A stretch of 64,000 nt of DNA from an uncultured Phycisphaerales bacterium (lineage in GTDB: Bacteria; Planctomycetota; Phycisphaerae; Tepidisphaerales; Tepidisphaeraceae): positions 3,200,001 to 3,264,000 of the forward strand of contig CAVWLP010000002.1 in NCBI GenBank assembly GCA_963755915.1, read 5' to 3'. The position numbers and the translations under genes are program-made. Below the pieces are notes generated by a model that did no database searches, was not told where the DNA came from, and was given only the letters and a program-made list of their open reading frames with translations. Below, one piece after another: positions 22,879 through 32,456 of the stretch (position 1 is its first letter; every line of letters starts with the position of its first letter).

Positions 22879-23825
22879 ATCTCCTTTCAACGCTCAAAGG
22901 TTCCCTTCTCGAAAACTTCTATCCCAAAGGATGGGATCTAAAGAAAATCGACAAGTGCTGCGCGATGAATCTGGTCCAACTCATCCGGCCGGCGAAATTC
23001 TGGCACGCGCAGTTCAAGCCAAGCGTGGTGGCCGATGTTGCCGAGATGGACCGAAAAATGGGCGACGCGATCGCCGATGAGATTGAAACCACCGCTCGCA
23101 GGCACCAGACGCTGGCGCTGATTCTGCCCGTCGGGCCGATGGGAATGTACCAAACCGTCGTCAATCGCCTGAAAAAGAGCCGGACAGGTTGCGCCCACGT
23201 CACAACGTTCAACATGGACGAGTGGGCTGACGCCAAGGGCAACACAATGCCAGGCGACGTTCCCGGCGGCTTCGAACATGCGATGTCCGAGGCTTTGTTT
23301 AGTCCATTGGGCGAGCTCACGGTTCCCAAATCTCAACGCAATTTTGCCACGCAAAAAAATCTTCCAACGTATCCCGGCAAAATCGCCTCAGTCAAAAAGC
23401 AGGGCGGACGCCTGGTCACTGTCTATGGCATCGGCAGGGTCTGCCACATCGCCTTCTGGGAACCGCACATGGCTTCCATGTACAGCGTTACAGAGTGGAA
23501 GAAACAAACGCATCGCATCGGCATGAAGCTCCATCCGCTTACGGTCGAGCAGAACGCCATCACCAGTTTCAACAGCCGCTTTACGCTCGTCCCCTGTTTT
23601 GCCAACACGATTGGGCCCGGTCTGTTTCTCCAGAGCGACTTCTGCATCGGTGGTTGTGACGGCGCCTACCCCGACCGCGGCGCCCAGTGGCAGGGAATGA
23701 GCCTGTGCGTAACGCTCCAGCACAGTCCCACGCCGTGGCTGACAAGCACGTTCATGCCCACCCTAGCGGGAAAACTTTTCTTCGTAAAACCTCTGGCAGG
23801 TCCTCTATTGCCCGACGCTCACTAA
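22863..23825 (+). CDS. Glucosamine-6-phosphate deaminase/isomerase-like protein
   Basis: LILPVGP, TFNMDEW and GIGRVCHIAFWEP. Confidence 0.8.
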   Translation: MAKELNLLSTLKGSLLENFYPKGWDLKKIDKCCAMNLVQLIRPAKFWHAQFKPSVVADVAEMDRKMGDAIADEIETTARRHQTLALILPVGPMGMYQTVVNRLKKSRTGCAHVTTFNMDEWADAKGNTMPGDVPGGFEHAMSEALFSPLGELTVPKSQRNFATQKNLPTYPGKIASVKKQGGRLVTVYGIGRVCHIAFWEPHMASMYSVTEWKKQTHRIGMKLHPLTVEQNAITSFNSRFTLVPCFANTIGPGLFLQSDFCIGGCDGAYPDRGAQWQGMSLCVTLQHSPTPWLTSTFMPTLAGKLFFVKPLAGPLLPDAH

Positions 23826-24970
23826 CGCCTAAGTTTCCCCGGGTTATCTCTTCTCGCTTTCTCAATCATGTTTTGCGAAAGCCACCGCGGCCGGTAGACC
23901 GCTGCAAGTGCCAGCCATCCCGCAATCTCTGCCGATCGCAGTGCAGGCTGCTCCCAGAACTGCATCTGAATCCGACTCGCCAGCGCCTTGAGGGTCTGAT
24001 CGCGGATTGAGCGCGTCACTGCGTCGTGCGCCATCGGATGGCTCAGGATTTCCCCAACCAGCACCAGCCGATGCGGCCGCAGGAAATTCATCATGTTCGC
24101 AATCCCGCACCCCAGCAGCGAAATCAGCGGCCGCAGTTTTGATTCAAACTCCGAAAATCGGCCTAGCGCCGTAGCCAGCGGCATCCTCTCGTCAACCGTA
24201 TCGCGCAGGTAATCGCTGCTGAAAATTCTCTCGAGGCACCCCAATTGGCCGCAGTAGCAGCGCCGGGTTTTCACCGGAAAACGGCTGTGCCCCAACTCGT
24301 GCGACCCGATAACACACCCGGGAGTTGGATGTCCATCAACCAGCAGCGCCGAGCCGATCTGGCCATCCGCGATGAACACCATCAACACCGTTTCCTGCTC
24401 GCCGTTCGTCTGCGAGAGGAGCCATTTTGCCGACATCGCATGAACGTCATTTTCAACGACAAGCGGTGTTTTCCCCGCCGCCGCCAGTAGCGGCTTGATA
24501 CTGCGGTAGGGGGGCCCCGGATCGAGAATGCCCATCATGACTTCCCGTTTTTCCAGATCGAGTAAACCGGGAGTCGCCAGACCAATCGAAAAAGTCTCTA
24601 GCGATTTCGCTTCAGCGAGCAATTTGGCCGCGGCAGGGATAAGAGCTCGAGAACCGCGGACCGCGGCACGCCGAGGCTCGCCGATGACTTCTCCCATGAG
24701 ATTAAGCAGGCAGATTTCAGCTCGACCCGCCTGCATCGACAAACCAATCACATGCCTCGAAACAGGATCAATCTCAAGACTCGCCCGCGGTCGACCTCGC
24801 TTCAGCCGCTGCGGTCCGCAAATTCGCACCAGCTTCAGCGCGATCAGCTCCGCGATGTCATCACTGATGGTGTTTTTACGGATGCCAAGCATTTCATGGA
24901 TCTGCGCCTGGCTCGGCCGCCGATGTTGCCGAATGGCAAAAAGAATCTGCTGCTGGCGTGGGTTCAACAT
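23822..24970 (-). CDS. ROK-family transcriptional regulator
   Basis: N-terminal HTH with RGRP; VENDV, ELGH and CYCGQLGCLE. Confidence 0.92.
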   Translation of the reverse strand: MLNPRQQQILFAIRQHRRPSQAQIHEMLGIRKNTISDDIAELIALKLVRICGPQRLKRGRPRASLEIDPVSRHVIGLSMQAGRAEICLLNLMGEVIGEPRRAAVRGSRALIPAAAKLLAEAKSLETFSIGLATPGLLDLEKREVMMGILDPGPPYRSIKPLLAAAGKTPLVVENDVHAMSAKWLLSQTNGEQETVLMVFIADGQIGSALLVDGHPTPGCVIGSHELGHSRFPVKTRRCYCGQLGCLERIFSSDYLRDTVDERMPLATALGRFSEFESKLRPLISLLGCGIANMMNFLRPHRLVLVGEILSHPMAHDAVTRSIRDQTLKALASRIQMQFWEQPALRSAEIAGWLALAAVYRPRWLSQNMIEKARRDNPGKLRR

Positions 24971-25292
24971 AAATGCAGTTCAAAGACCAACCCTTACCTC
25001 CGACGTTGTATCCGACGAGCACGTAGGCGCTCAACCGGTTGTCCTCATTGTGAACATTCCGAGGCACCCCGTCATGCGCGAGGACTCTTCCTGACAACTG
25101 GGGAAAAGCTCGGCGTCGCCGTCAAAGCTGTCGGCATCCACCATTAATATTCTTGATCAACACCTCTATCGCTATAATCGCTGGCGGGAAGAGAATTTGA
25201 TCTGCAAACTTTTCGATCTCTAATTGCTTGTGCTCTGCGCCAAGCGGTGATCAAATTCAAAGACCAAACTCAAAAAGGTAAGGAGGATTGCT

Positions 25293-25688
25293 ATGATCAC
25301 ATTGAACGATGCTCGAAAGGTCATTTCCGCCGCGTCCAAGAAGGCCCAGGAGCTGAAGCATCCCATGAATATTGCCGTCGTCGATGCTGGTGGAAATCTG
25401 CTGGCGTTCGAGCGAATGGATGGCGCGTGGCTGGGAAGCATCGACATTTCGATGAAAAAAGCCTGGACGTCCCGGGCATTCGACATTACCACCAGGGACC
25501 TGGCATCTGTCAGCCAGCCCGGAACCGATTTTTTCGGAATTCACGTATCAAATGGGGGCAAAGTAATGATTTTTGCCGGGGGCATCCCGTTGAAACGTGG
25601 AAATGAAGTCGTCGGAGCCATTGGCGTGAGCGGCGGATCAGGTGAACAGGATCACGCCGTCGCGGAAGCTGGTGCCAAGGCAATTTAA
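25293..25688 (+). CDS. GlcG/HbpS-family heme-binding protein
   Basis: IAVVDAGGNL, KKAWT, GGIPL and GAIGVSGG...D; AAGGAGG RBS. Confidence 0.9.
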   Translation: MITLNDARKVISAASKKAQELKHPMNIAVVDAGGNLLAFERMDGAWLGSIDISMKKAWTSRAFDITTRDLASVSQPGTDFFGIHVSNGGKVMIFAGGIPLKRGNEVVGAIGVSGGSGEQDHAVAEAGAKAI

Positions 25689-25710
25689 ATCTGTCATCAT
25701 TCGGACATGA

Positions 25711-25931
25711 TTACGCCGCGATCATCCCATGCGGATCGATAACGAATTTCTTGGCGGCGCCTTTGTCAAAATCCTTGTATCCGCGCGGCGCTTCGTCGAG
25801 CGTGATTGTGCTGACATTAACCGCCTTGGCGATTTTGATTTTGTCGCGAAGAATGCACTGCATCAATTGACGGTTGTATTTCATCACTGGGCATTGACCG
25901 GTGTGAAGGCCACGCCGCGGTTAGAAGCCAT
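25711..25931 (-). pseudogene. fdhA: Glutathione-independent formaldehyde dehydrogenase remnant with a large internal deletion
   Basis: GGAG RBS and MASNRGVA are joined out of frame to HTGQCPVMKYNRQLMQCIL...LDEAPRGYKDFDKGAAKKFVIDPHGMIAA*. These match the N- and C-termini of Pseudomonas-type FdhA. Confidence 0.88.
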
Positions 25932-26075
25932 AGTGATTACTCCCTCAAGAAGGATTTAAGAGCGCACATTCCCGCACGGCCGAACCAAATTTTCCTCCAC
26001 CGCGCGCTAAGAATTCAGTGTTGAATTCTTCGTGAAACCCTACCTCCGAACACCCCACCCGACAAACAAAACTTC

Positions 26076-26092
26076 TGTTCAATAAGTGAACA
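26076..26092. promoter_or_regulatory. Operator copy 3 (TGTTCAATAAGTGAACA), upstream of the fdhA remnant
   Basis: 16/17 match to 9542-9558; 145 bp before the fdhA ATG. Confidence 0.75.
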
Positions 26093-26323
26093 AAGCCGCG
26101 ACGCCAATTCATGCTCGGCGATCCCGGCGGGATGACGTTTGTCGATCAACGTGGCGCCTTGGGGCTGCGCATTAACCGAACAACTCCCTATGTAATCGCC
26201 GGGAAACTAGGCGTTCAAATTTCGTTACGGCGCAATGCAGATGAGCAGTTAATGAAAAACCCAGATCGGCCGGTGGCAAGCGGCGGACCTGGGTATTCTC
26301 AAATCGAATACTGAACCATCGAA

Positions 26324-27874
26324 TCAAGCGATCGCGGTCTTGGCGTCGGGCGGTTCGGCAACGCCATCGGGTTCGGCGTGCAGGATGGGTTCCTTGCCGG
26401 TGCCGTAGCGACTTGCGATCCCTTCCAGATCGGTCTCGATCATCTTGATCACGCTGCTACGCATGCCCCGTTGCACGAAGAGGAAGATGACGCCGAGCGC
26501 CAGATATCCCGCGAAAATGTATGGGTAATAGCGGATCGGCGGATCAGGCAGCGGGTAGAAGCTGCCGACGATCGGCACGATCATGAACAACAGCCCCAGC
26601 ACGGAAATCACAATGGCGCTGGGCGTGAGTTTTCCAAGCCGCTTTAGATAAACCGGAGCCGCGATACAGATCAATACGAAGCCGACCAGGAAGCCGAAGC
26701 TGGCCATGGTGGCGACATCGTTCAATATATCCGTGAGCGCACATTGCCAGTATTTCATGCAGAAGAATCCGATGATCAGCGAGATCGCGGCGCAAACGGT
26801 CACCGAGACGTGCGGCGTTTCGTGCGTCTTGTGTGCCCCAGCGACCGATTTGTGGATCACGCCGTGATGCGCCATGGCAAACATGATTCGGCAGGCGGCA
26901 TTGAAGCTGCCGAGCGTGCATCCCAACGCGCTGACCAGGACCATGATGGTCATGATCGGCCCCAGCCAACCCATGTGCAGGTAACCAGTTAAAGTCGATA
27001 ATACGTCAGCATTTCCGTCCAATGTCGTCCCGGACGCGGCAAAACCGCCGACGATCGCGAAGCTGCTCAGCACGTAAAACGTTGAACCAATCGCAACCGC
27101 GCCGAGGACCGCCCGCGGTATGGTCTTCAGTGGATTTCTTGCTTCTTCGCCCAGTGAAGTGGCGCTTTCAAATCCGATATTACAGAACACAGCCAACACG
27201 ATCGCCAGGAAAAATCCCTGGAAAGTAAATCCTTCGAGCTTGATCTGCGGGACGTACACTTTAAAGCCGGTCTTGGCAAAGACCCCCAGGACCACCAGCG
27301 TGAGAAGCGCGATACTGGTGAATTCCAAAATCAACATCAATTTTGCGGAGAGTTTGATGTCGCGGTAGGCGACATACCAGGGGATGAGGATAGCAAGAGT
27401 ATAGGTAATATACGGCCACGCTGCGCCGGTCGGTGAGTGGAAAAGCAGCAGCATGAAATTCGCGGCCGCCCCGGCAAGGGCGATGCCGCAACCCACATAG
27501 GCAACCAACCAGCCCCAACCCACCATCACGCCCGCGGCCGGCCCTAACGCCATGGTTGTGTAGGAGTAAAGCGATCCGGGTGAAGCCGACAACCGCGCAA
27601 ATTGGTTGATGTTCAACCCAACGAATCCCAGTCCGATTCCGGCAAACAGATACGATAGCCACGTGGCATTACCGGACGAGACAAATGCCAGGCAGATGAT
27701 CGCCGCCATCGACGCTGATGGCGCAATTACGGCGATCGATTGCGCCAGCGTCTACACCGGCGTAAGGCAACGAAACCTCAGCCCGTAGACACCCGTTTTC
27801 TTTTCATCGGGGTTGTCAGTTCTGTTGTAATCGGCCACAGTGGCCACATTGCCGGGTGCAGTGGTAGTAGACAT
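26324..27874 (-). CDS. APC-family amino acid/amine permease with an in-frame TAG at codon 41
   Basis: AGGAG RBS and ATG at 27874 give ...LTPV*TLAQSIAVIAPSA, continuing in frame into ORF 26324-27709 (GSLYSY, GFESATSLGEEARNP). Confidence 0.85.
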
Positions 27875-27972
27875 AAAACTGGACTCCTGGAGCTGTTTGC
27901 AGAATCCACCGGTGAATTCGAGAAAGGCAGTTTTTTGTCACCGGACGGAGAGCGGATGGTTAATTTGCAAAT

Positions 27973-27988
27973 CGCAACTCGCATACCA
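27973..27988 (-). promoter_or_regulatory. Sigma54-type promoter of the permease
   Basis: TGGTATGCGAGTTGCG has GG-N10-GC spacing and lies about 100 bp upstream of the ATG. Confidence 0.6.
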
Positions 27989-28047
27989 TTCGCGCGAGGC
28001 GATACATGCGTGAGGCAAGAATCAAGCATTTAAGCTCGTCCATGCTT

Positions 28048-28470
28048 TCATTGTTGACGTGAAATCCGCCAGGCGTTGTCGGCCCATTCAAATCCCAGCG
28101 GCTTGTAGTAGTCCTTAGCTTCCGGAGCCGCGAGCAAGAGGATCGTCACATCGCGGCTTAGCTGTTTCTGAACGAAGTCGATGAGCGCCTTGCCAATCCC
28201 CATCCTCTGGCAGGCTCGATCCACCGCAAGATCGGATAAATAGCAGCAGTAACTGAAATCGGTCAGCGCTCGGACGACGCCGACCAGTTGGTCCCCTGTC
28301 CAAGCCCCCGCGAAAAGATTCGCGTGTTGAATCATTTTGGTCAGCCTCGGTAAATCATCCGTCGGACGGCGGATTCCGGACCGCGCGAATACGTCTCCGA
28401 GCTGCGCGGCGGAAATGGGCTTGTCCCGCGCATCTCGGATAGCGAAATTCAACGGCTTTTGATTCGTCAT
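28048..28470 (-). CDS. GNAT N-acetyltransferase
   Basis: YLSDLAVDRACQRMGIGKAL and YYKPLGF. Confidence 0.92.
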   Translation of the reverse strand: MTNQKPLNFAIRDARDKPISAAQLGDVFARSGIRRPTDDLPRLTKMIQHANLFAGAWTGDQLVGVVRALTDFSYCCYLSDLAVDRACQRMGIGKALIDFVQKQLSRDVTILLLAAPEAKDYYKPLGFEWADNAWRISRQQ

Positions 28471-28699
28471 GGATTATTCGAGTTTTTCCACGCCCGCAGA
28501 GGAGCGACCTCACGATCTTCCTTCAGTGCTACTCCGCTGATTCGTCTGCGGAGGCTTACTATAAAAAGGTAGTGCAATGTTTCACTTGCTACTGCTGGAG
28601 GCAGACCCTGTGGACCGATATTCGAGACGCAATTCCGGTTGCCGTCTGATAGACGAGCAGTTTCTCAAAGGCAAAGGACATTGGCGGGATCGTACCGGA

Positions 28700-28796
28700 A
28701 GAAAGTAGAGAGTAGAAAGGAGACCGCAGGAGTTTGCCCGTCAAGCCAGTTGGTCGTCGAATGCTGGTCTTGCCTTTGCTTTCCTCTCTACTTTCT
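28700..28796. repeat. Long imperfect inverted repeat / hairpin
   Basis: AGAAAGTAGAGAG (28700-28712) pairs with CTCTCTACTTTCT (28784-28796); inner AAAGG/CCTTT and AGACC/GGTCT also pair. Confidence 0.55.
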
Positions 28797-28833
28797 ACAC
28801 CTCTCCTGCTCTATTTTTCGCTGCCGCGAAAAA

Positions 28834-28875
28834 TCGGGGCGACAGGATTCGAACCTGCGACCTCTTGACCCCCAG
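28834..28875 (-). mobile_element. 3' half of tRNA-Pro(GGG), an att site of an integrated element
   Basis: CTGGGGG-TCAAGAGGTCGCAGGTTCGAATCCTGTCGCCCCGA contains the anticodon loop, T-arm and 3' acceptor strand; the 5' half is absent. Confidence 0.85.
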
Positions 28876-29311
28876 AAGCAATTTTCCACAGCCGAAAAGC
28901 AGCGGAATCACTCGGATTTTGTAGCATTTTATGAATGTCGGGTCCTATTGCAAGTGCTTGCAGATCGCTTCCAGTATTTGCAAGCACTTACCGTAATCGC
29001 CGCGTGAAAAAACCGTAGAAGCGATGATCGATTGGCGCAGAATTTCAGTCATCAGTGGTAGGGCGGTCGGTTTAACAATGTGCAATCATCCCTTTTCTCA
29101 TCTGTCTATCTTGCAAAACGCCGCCAAATCCGCCAAATCCGTCGACGACGCAGCTCAGTCGTGTTGTTAATAAGCAGCAAGCTAAATCCGCGCTAAATTT
29201 CCGCCCGTTTTGCGTCAATATATTTGAGCGGTTCCGATCGCCATCAGCGGTCGTGACTTTCCTGTATTTCCCGTCGCATTTCACCGCCCCAGCGGGCAAA
29301 GGAGACCTCGC

Positions 29312-29758
29312 ATGCCCTTATCCATCAACGTGGGCCTCAGCCGGAAGGCCTCAAAGGATTATCAATCCACCGGCGTCAGCATCAACGTCACCGCGGAGCT
29401 TGATCAGGCGCTGCTGGCAAAGCCGGATCAGCTGCAAAAACAGATTGGATATCTCTATTCGCAGGCCCACCAGGCGTTGGACGGCCAGATGAACCAGCCA
29501 GCGGGATCCGAAAACGCCAGCTCCGGAAGATCAGCCCCTAAATCAGCTGCGGTTAATGGCAACGGTCGTGGCTCTGCAGCCATGACCGCCAGCCAGCGGC
29601 GGGCGATCCTGGCGATCGCCAAGCGCTGGGATTTCAACGTGGACTATGAATGCCGGGAGCGATTCGCCACGGCATTCGATGATCTGTCAATCCGGCAGGC
29701 CTCGGAGCTGATTGACCATCTGAAATTGTCCACGCCCACCAGCGACTCCCGGAGGTAG
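29312..29758 (+). CDS. Hypothetical protein, first gene of the element operon
   Basis: AAGGAG RBS and a 148-aa ORF with a helical C-terminal domain. Confidence 0.7.
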   Translation: MPLSINVGLSRKASKDYQSTGVSINVTAELDQALLAKPDQLQKQIGYLYSQAHQALDGQMNQPAGSENASSGRSAPKSAAVNGNGRGSAAMTASQRRAILAIAKRWDFNVDYECRERFATAFDDLSIRQASELIDHLKLSTPTSDSRR

Positions 29759-29810
29759 TCCTGCCGCGTCGTTTTTGATCTCCGATATCTAAAAAAAAGG
29801 AGTTTTCGCC

Positions 29811-30189
29811 ATGAGCATGCTCACGGCGCCGGCAGTCCCTGCGCCAGCGGTTCTCAATCGCCCGCCCAACCGCCTGGCGGAGCTGATCACCGGCAGAACC
29901 TATCTGTCCCACTCCAGCTTTCCACGATGCGATCGTGCCCCAGGAAGTTCGCCTTCCAATATGTGGAGAAAGTTCCGGCGGATTTCATCCCCAGCAGCCT
30001 GATCTTCGGCGGCTCGATTCACTCGGCGCTGGAGTTTTATTTCCGGGCCCGGCTGGAAGGATTGGAGGTAACCCAGGACGCCCTGCTCTCGGCGTATCAC
30101 GACGGCTGGAAGAGACAGAGGGGGACCACCGGTCTCAATGTCCCGGTTAAGTACAGCAAGGATCAAACGGCTGATTCTCTCCACGCCCT
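29811..30189 (+). pseudogene. PD-(D/E)XK (RecB/AddB-like) nuclease, N-terminal part only
   Basis: AGGAG RBS; YLSHS, a frameshift, then CPRKFAFQYV...LIFGGSIHSALE; truncated before the catalytic motifs. Confidence 0.75.
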
Positions 30190-30727
30190 GTGCGTATGGC
30201 CCTTAAGGTGCAGCGGATCCTGGAACGATACAGCGCCGATCCCAGTGACTGCCTTCACCGGGATGTGAAGAACATCCTGGTCATGACCCGCCTGCTCAAA
30301 AAGCAGCACAAAATCCTCACCCTCGCCCGCGAGCACCACTGGCAATCGGCATCCCGGCAGCTTCACGAGAACCTGCTGGTCCGAGTCCGCGAACTCCACG
30401 AGGCGGCAAGCCAGATCATCTTCCGCCGGGCGCCGATTTCCCGGCTCTACACCCTGACCCTCCGGGACCTTTGCGATGAGATCCGGCAGCTGGAAGAGGA
30501 GTTCACATCCGTCAGCCTGGACCTCAAAGCCGGGATGATCTCTGTCGATACCGACGAGATCGAGCTTCAGAGGCTGTATCTGGGAAGCTTCCGCATAAAA
30601 CTGTCCATGGTGTCATGGGGCGCGCAAAACCGGCCAATTGAGGGCGCGCCAAAACCGGCCATTTTGAGGCACAGGAGATTGGGTTATCGACCTTGGCTTT
30701 CGGCGGTTGCCGCAAGCCAATGGTGGG

Positions 30728-32456
30728 ATGGCCAATCAACTCAAGATGGCGGAAGTACAAGCAATTTTGGCACTTGCGCAGCGGCTGGTCCAATCGGAAC
30801 ATCGCCCGCCAACTCGGCGTTCACCGGGAGACCGTTGGACGCCACATCCGGTTGTCGGGCGGCGATCCTGCGGCGCCCGGATCGGATTCAAAACCGGCCA
30901 GCGCCCTCGGCTCGAGGTGCTCGCCGCAGGCGGCTCGACGGTGCTCGCCGCAGGCGGCTCGACGGTGCTCGCCGCAGGCGGCTCGACGGTGCTCGCCGCA
31001 GGCGGCTCGACGGTGCTCGCCGCAGGCGGCTCGGAGAGCGCGCCGCACCGGGTTATCCGGCGCGCCCATCGGGTCGGTCAGTACGGCATCGCCCTGGCGT
31101 GAGGTCATTGTTCAGAAGTTGGAAGCCGGGCTGACGGCCCAGCGGATTTATCAAGACATCTCCAGCGATCACGGCTATGCCGGCAGCTATTACAGCGTGC
31201 GCCGGTTCATCAAGAAGCTCTCGGCTGCCGCGCCGGCGCCCTTTCGCCGGATGGAATGCGAGCCGGGAGCCGAGGTGCAGGTGGACTTCGGCCGGGGTGC
31301 GCCCTGGTCGGTCCTGACGGCAAACGCAAAGCAACCTGGGTCTTCCGCATTGTGCTGAGCCACAGCCGCAAGGGGTACGCCGAGGCGGTGGAGCGGCAGA
31401 CGACCGATGATTTTCTGCGTTGTCTGGAAAATGCCTTTACGCACTTCGGCGGGATGCCGTCAGCGCTGGTGATCGACAATCTTCGCGCGGCGGTGACGCG
31501 GGCGGACTGGTTCGAGGCGGAGTTGTGTCCCAAGGTCCGGTCGTTCGCCGAACATTATGGAATCGCCATTCTGCCCACCAAGCCGTACACGCCGCGGCAC
31601 AAGGGGAAGATCGAGCGGGGCATCGGCTATGTGAAGAGCAATGCTCTCAAAGGCCGGCAATTCGCCTCGCTCTCGGATCAGAACTGCGCATCTGCTGACG
31701 TGGGAGAAGAGCGTGGCCGACACGCGCATCCACGGCACGACGCGGCGGCAGGTGAAGGAAGTCTTCGAGCAGGTAGAGAAGCCGGCACTGTTGGCTCTGC
31801 CGCCGGTGCGATTCGATCTTTTCACCGAGGCGTTGCGCAGTGTTCACCGCGACGGGCACGTGGAGATCAAGGGGGCGTACTATTCGGTCCCGCCGGAGTT
31901 TTTGGGCCAGCGGGTCTGGGCGCGGTGGGACGGGCGCACGGTCCGGCTGTTCGATCAGAAGATGCGTGCGATCGCTCTGCACGCGCAGCGTCCGCCGGGC
32001 AGGTTCTCGACGCAAGACGCCCATATCCTGCCGGAGAAGATCAGCGGCATCGAGCGTGGAACGACCTGGCTTCTCCAGCGGATCGAATGCATCGGGCCGC
32101 ACGCCACGCAGTGGGCGCAGTCAATGCTTCAGCATCGCGGCATCGAAGGCGTGCGCGTGTTGATGGGGCTGCTGTCGCTGGCCAATCAGCAGCCGCGACC
32201 GGCCGTGGAACGAGCCTGCGAGATTGCTCTGGGGCATGGCGCGTATCACCTGCGCTCCCTGCGGCAGCTCATCGAACACCAAAACGGCGCGCCGGTTCAA
32301 CAACACTTCGAGTTTGTTCAGGAACATCCAATCATCCGCGGACTGGCCGATTACGGACAGTTCGTACGCGACGCAATCACCCAAGCGGAGGCTTTGCCTG
32401 CCGCACAACCTTTACAGGCCTGCCCTGAGCAGAGCCGAAGGGAGTCCACCCCATGA
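30728..32456 (+). CDS. istA: IS21 transposase (frameshifted)
   Basis: MANQLKM...IARQLGVHRETV HTH, QVDFG, IDNLRAAV, KGKIERGIGYVK, RIHGTT and YYSVP. Confidence 0.92.
30908..31033 (+). repeat. 24-bp tandem repeat, about 5 copies, inside istA
   Basis: Unit GGTGCTCGCCGCAGGCGGCTCGAC starts at 30916, 30940, 30964, 30988 and 31012. Confidence 0.95.

Noticed and set aside
24975-25250. Possible transposase or small-gene remnant upstream of the ROK gene
   Set aside because: Only short ORFs with no convincing motif.
25729-25959. 76-aa plus-strand ORF as a real gene
   Set aside because: It is the antisense shadow of the fdhA remnant.
27752-27754. Pyrrolysine codon in a methylamine-linked gene
   Set aside because: No pyl genes or methylamine methyltransferases are in the window, TAG is used as a normal stop in neighbouring genes (purU, mgsB, mgsC), and a single G>T from GAG explains it.
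28834-28875. Functional tRNA-Pro gene
   Set aside because: There is no D-arm, 5' acceptor strand or 5' anticodon-stem strand; it is better explained as an att duplication.
30908-31033. 24-bp repeats as a CRISPR array
   Set aside because: The units are head-to-tail with no spacers, lie inside istA, and no cas genes are present.
30780-31690. Programmed frameshifting in istA
   Set aside because: There are several separate breaks with no evident slippery site, matching the window-wide indel noise.
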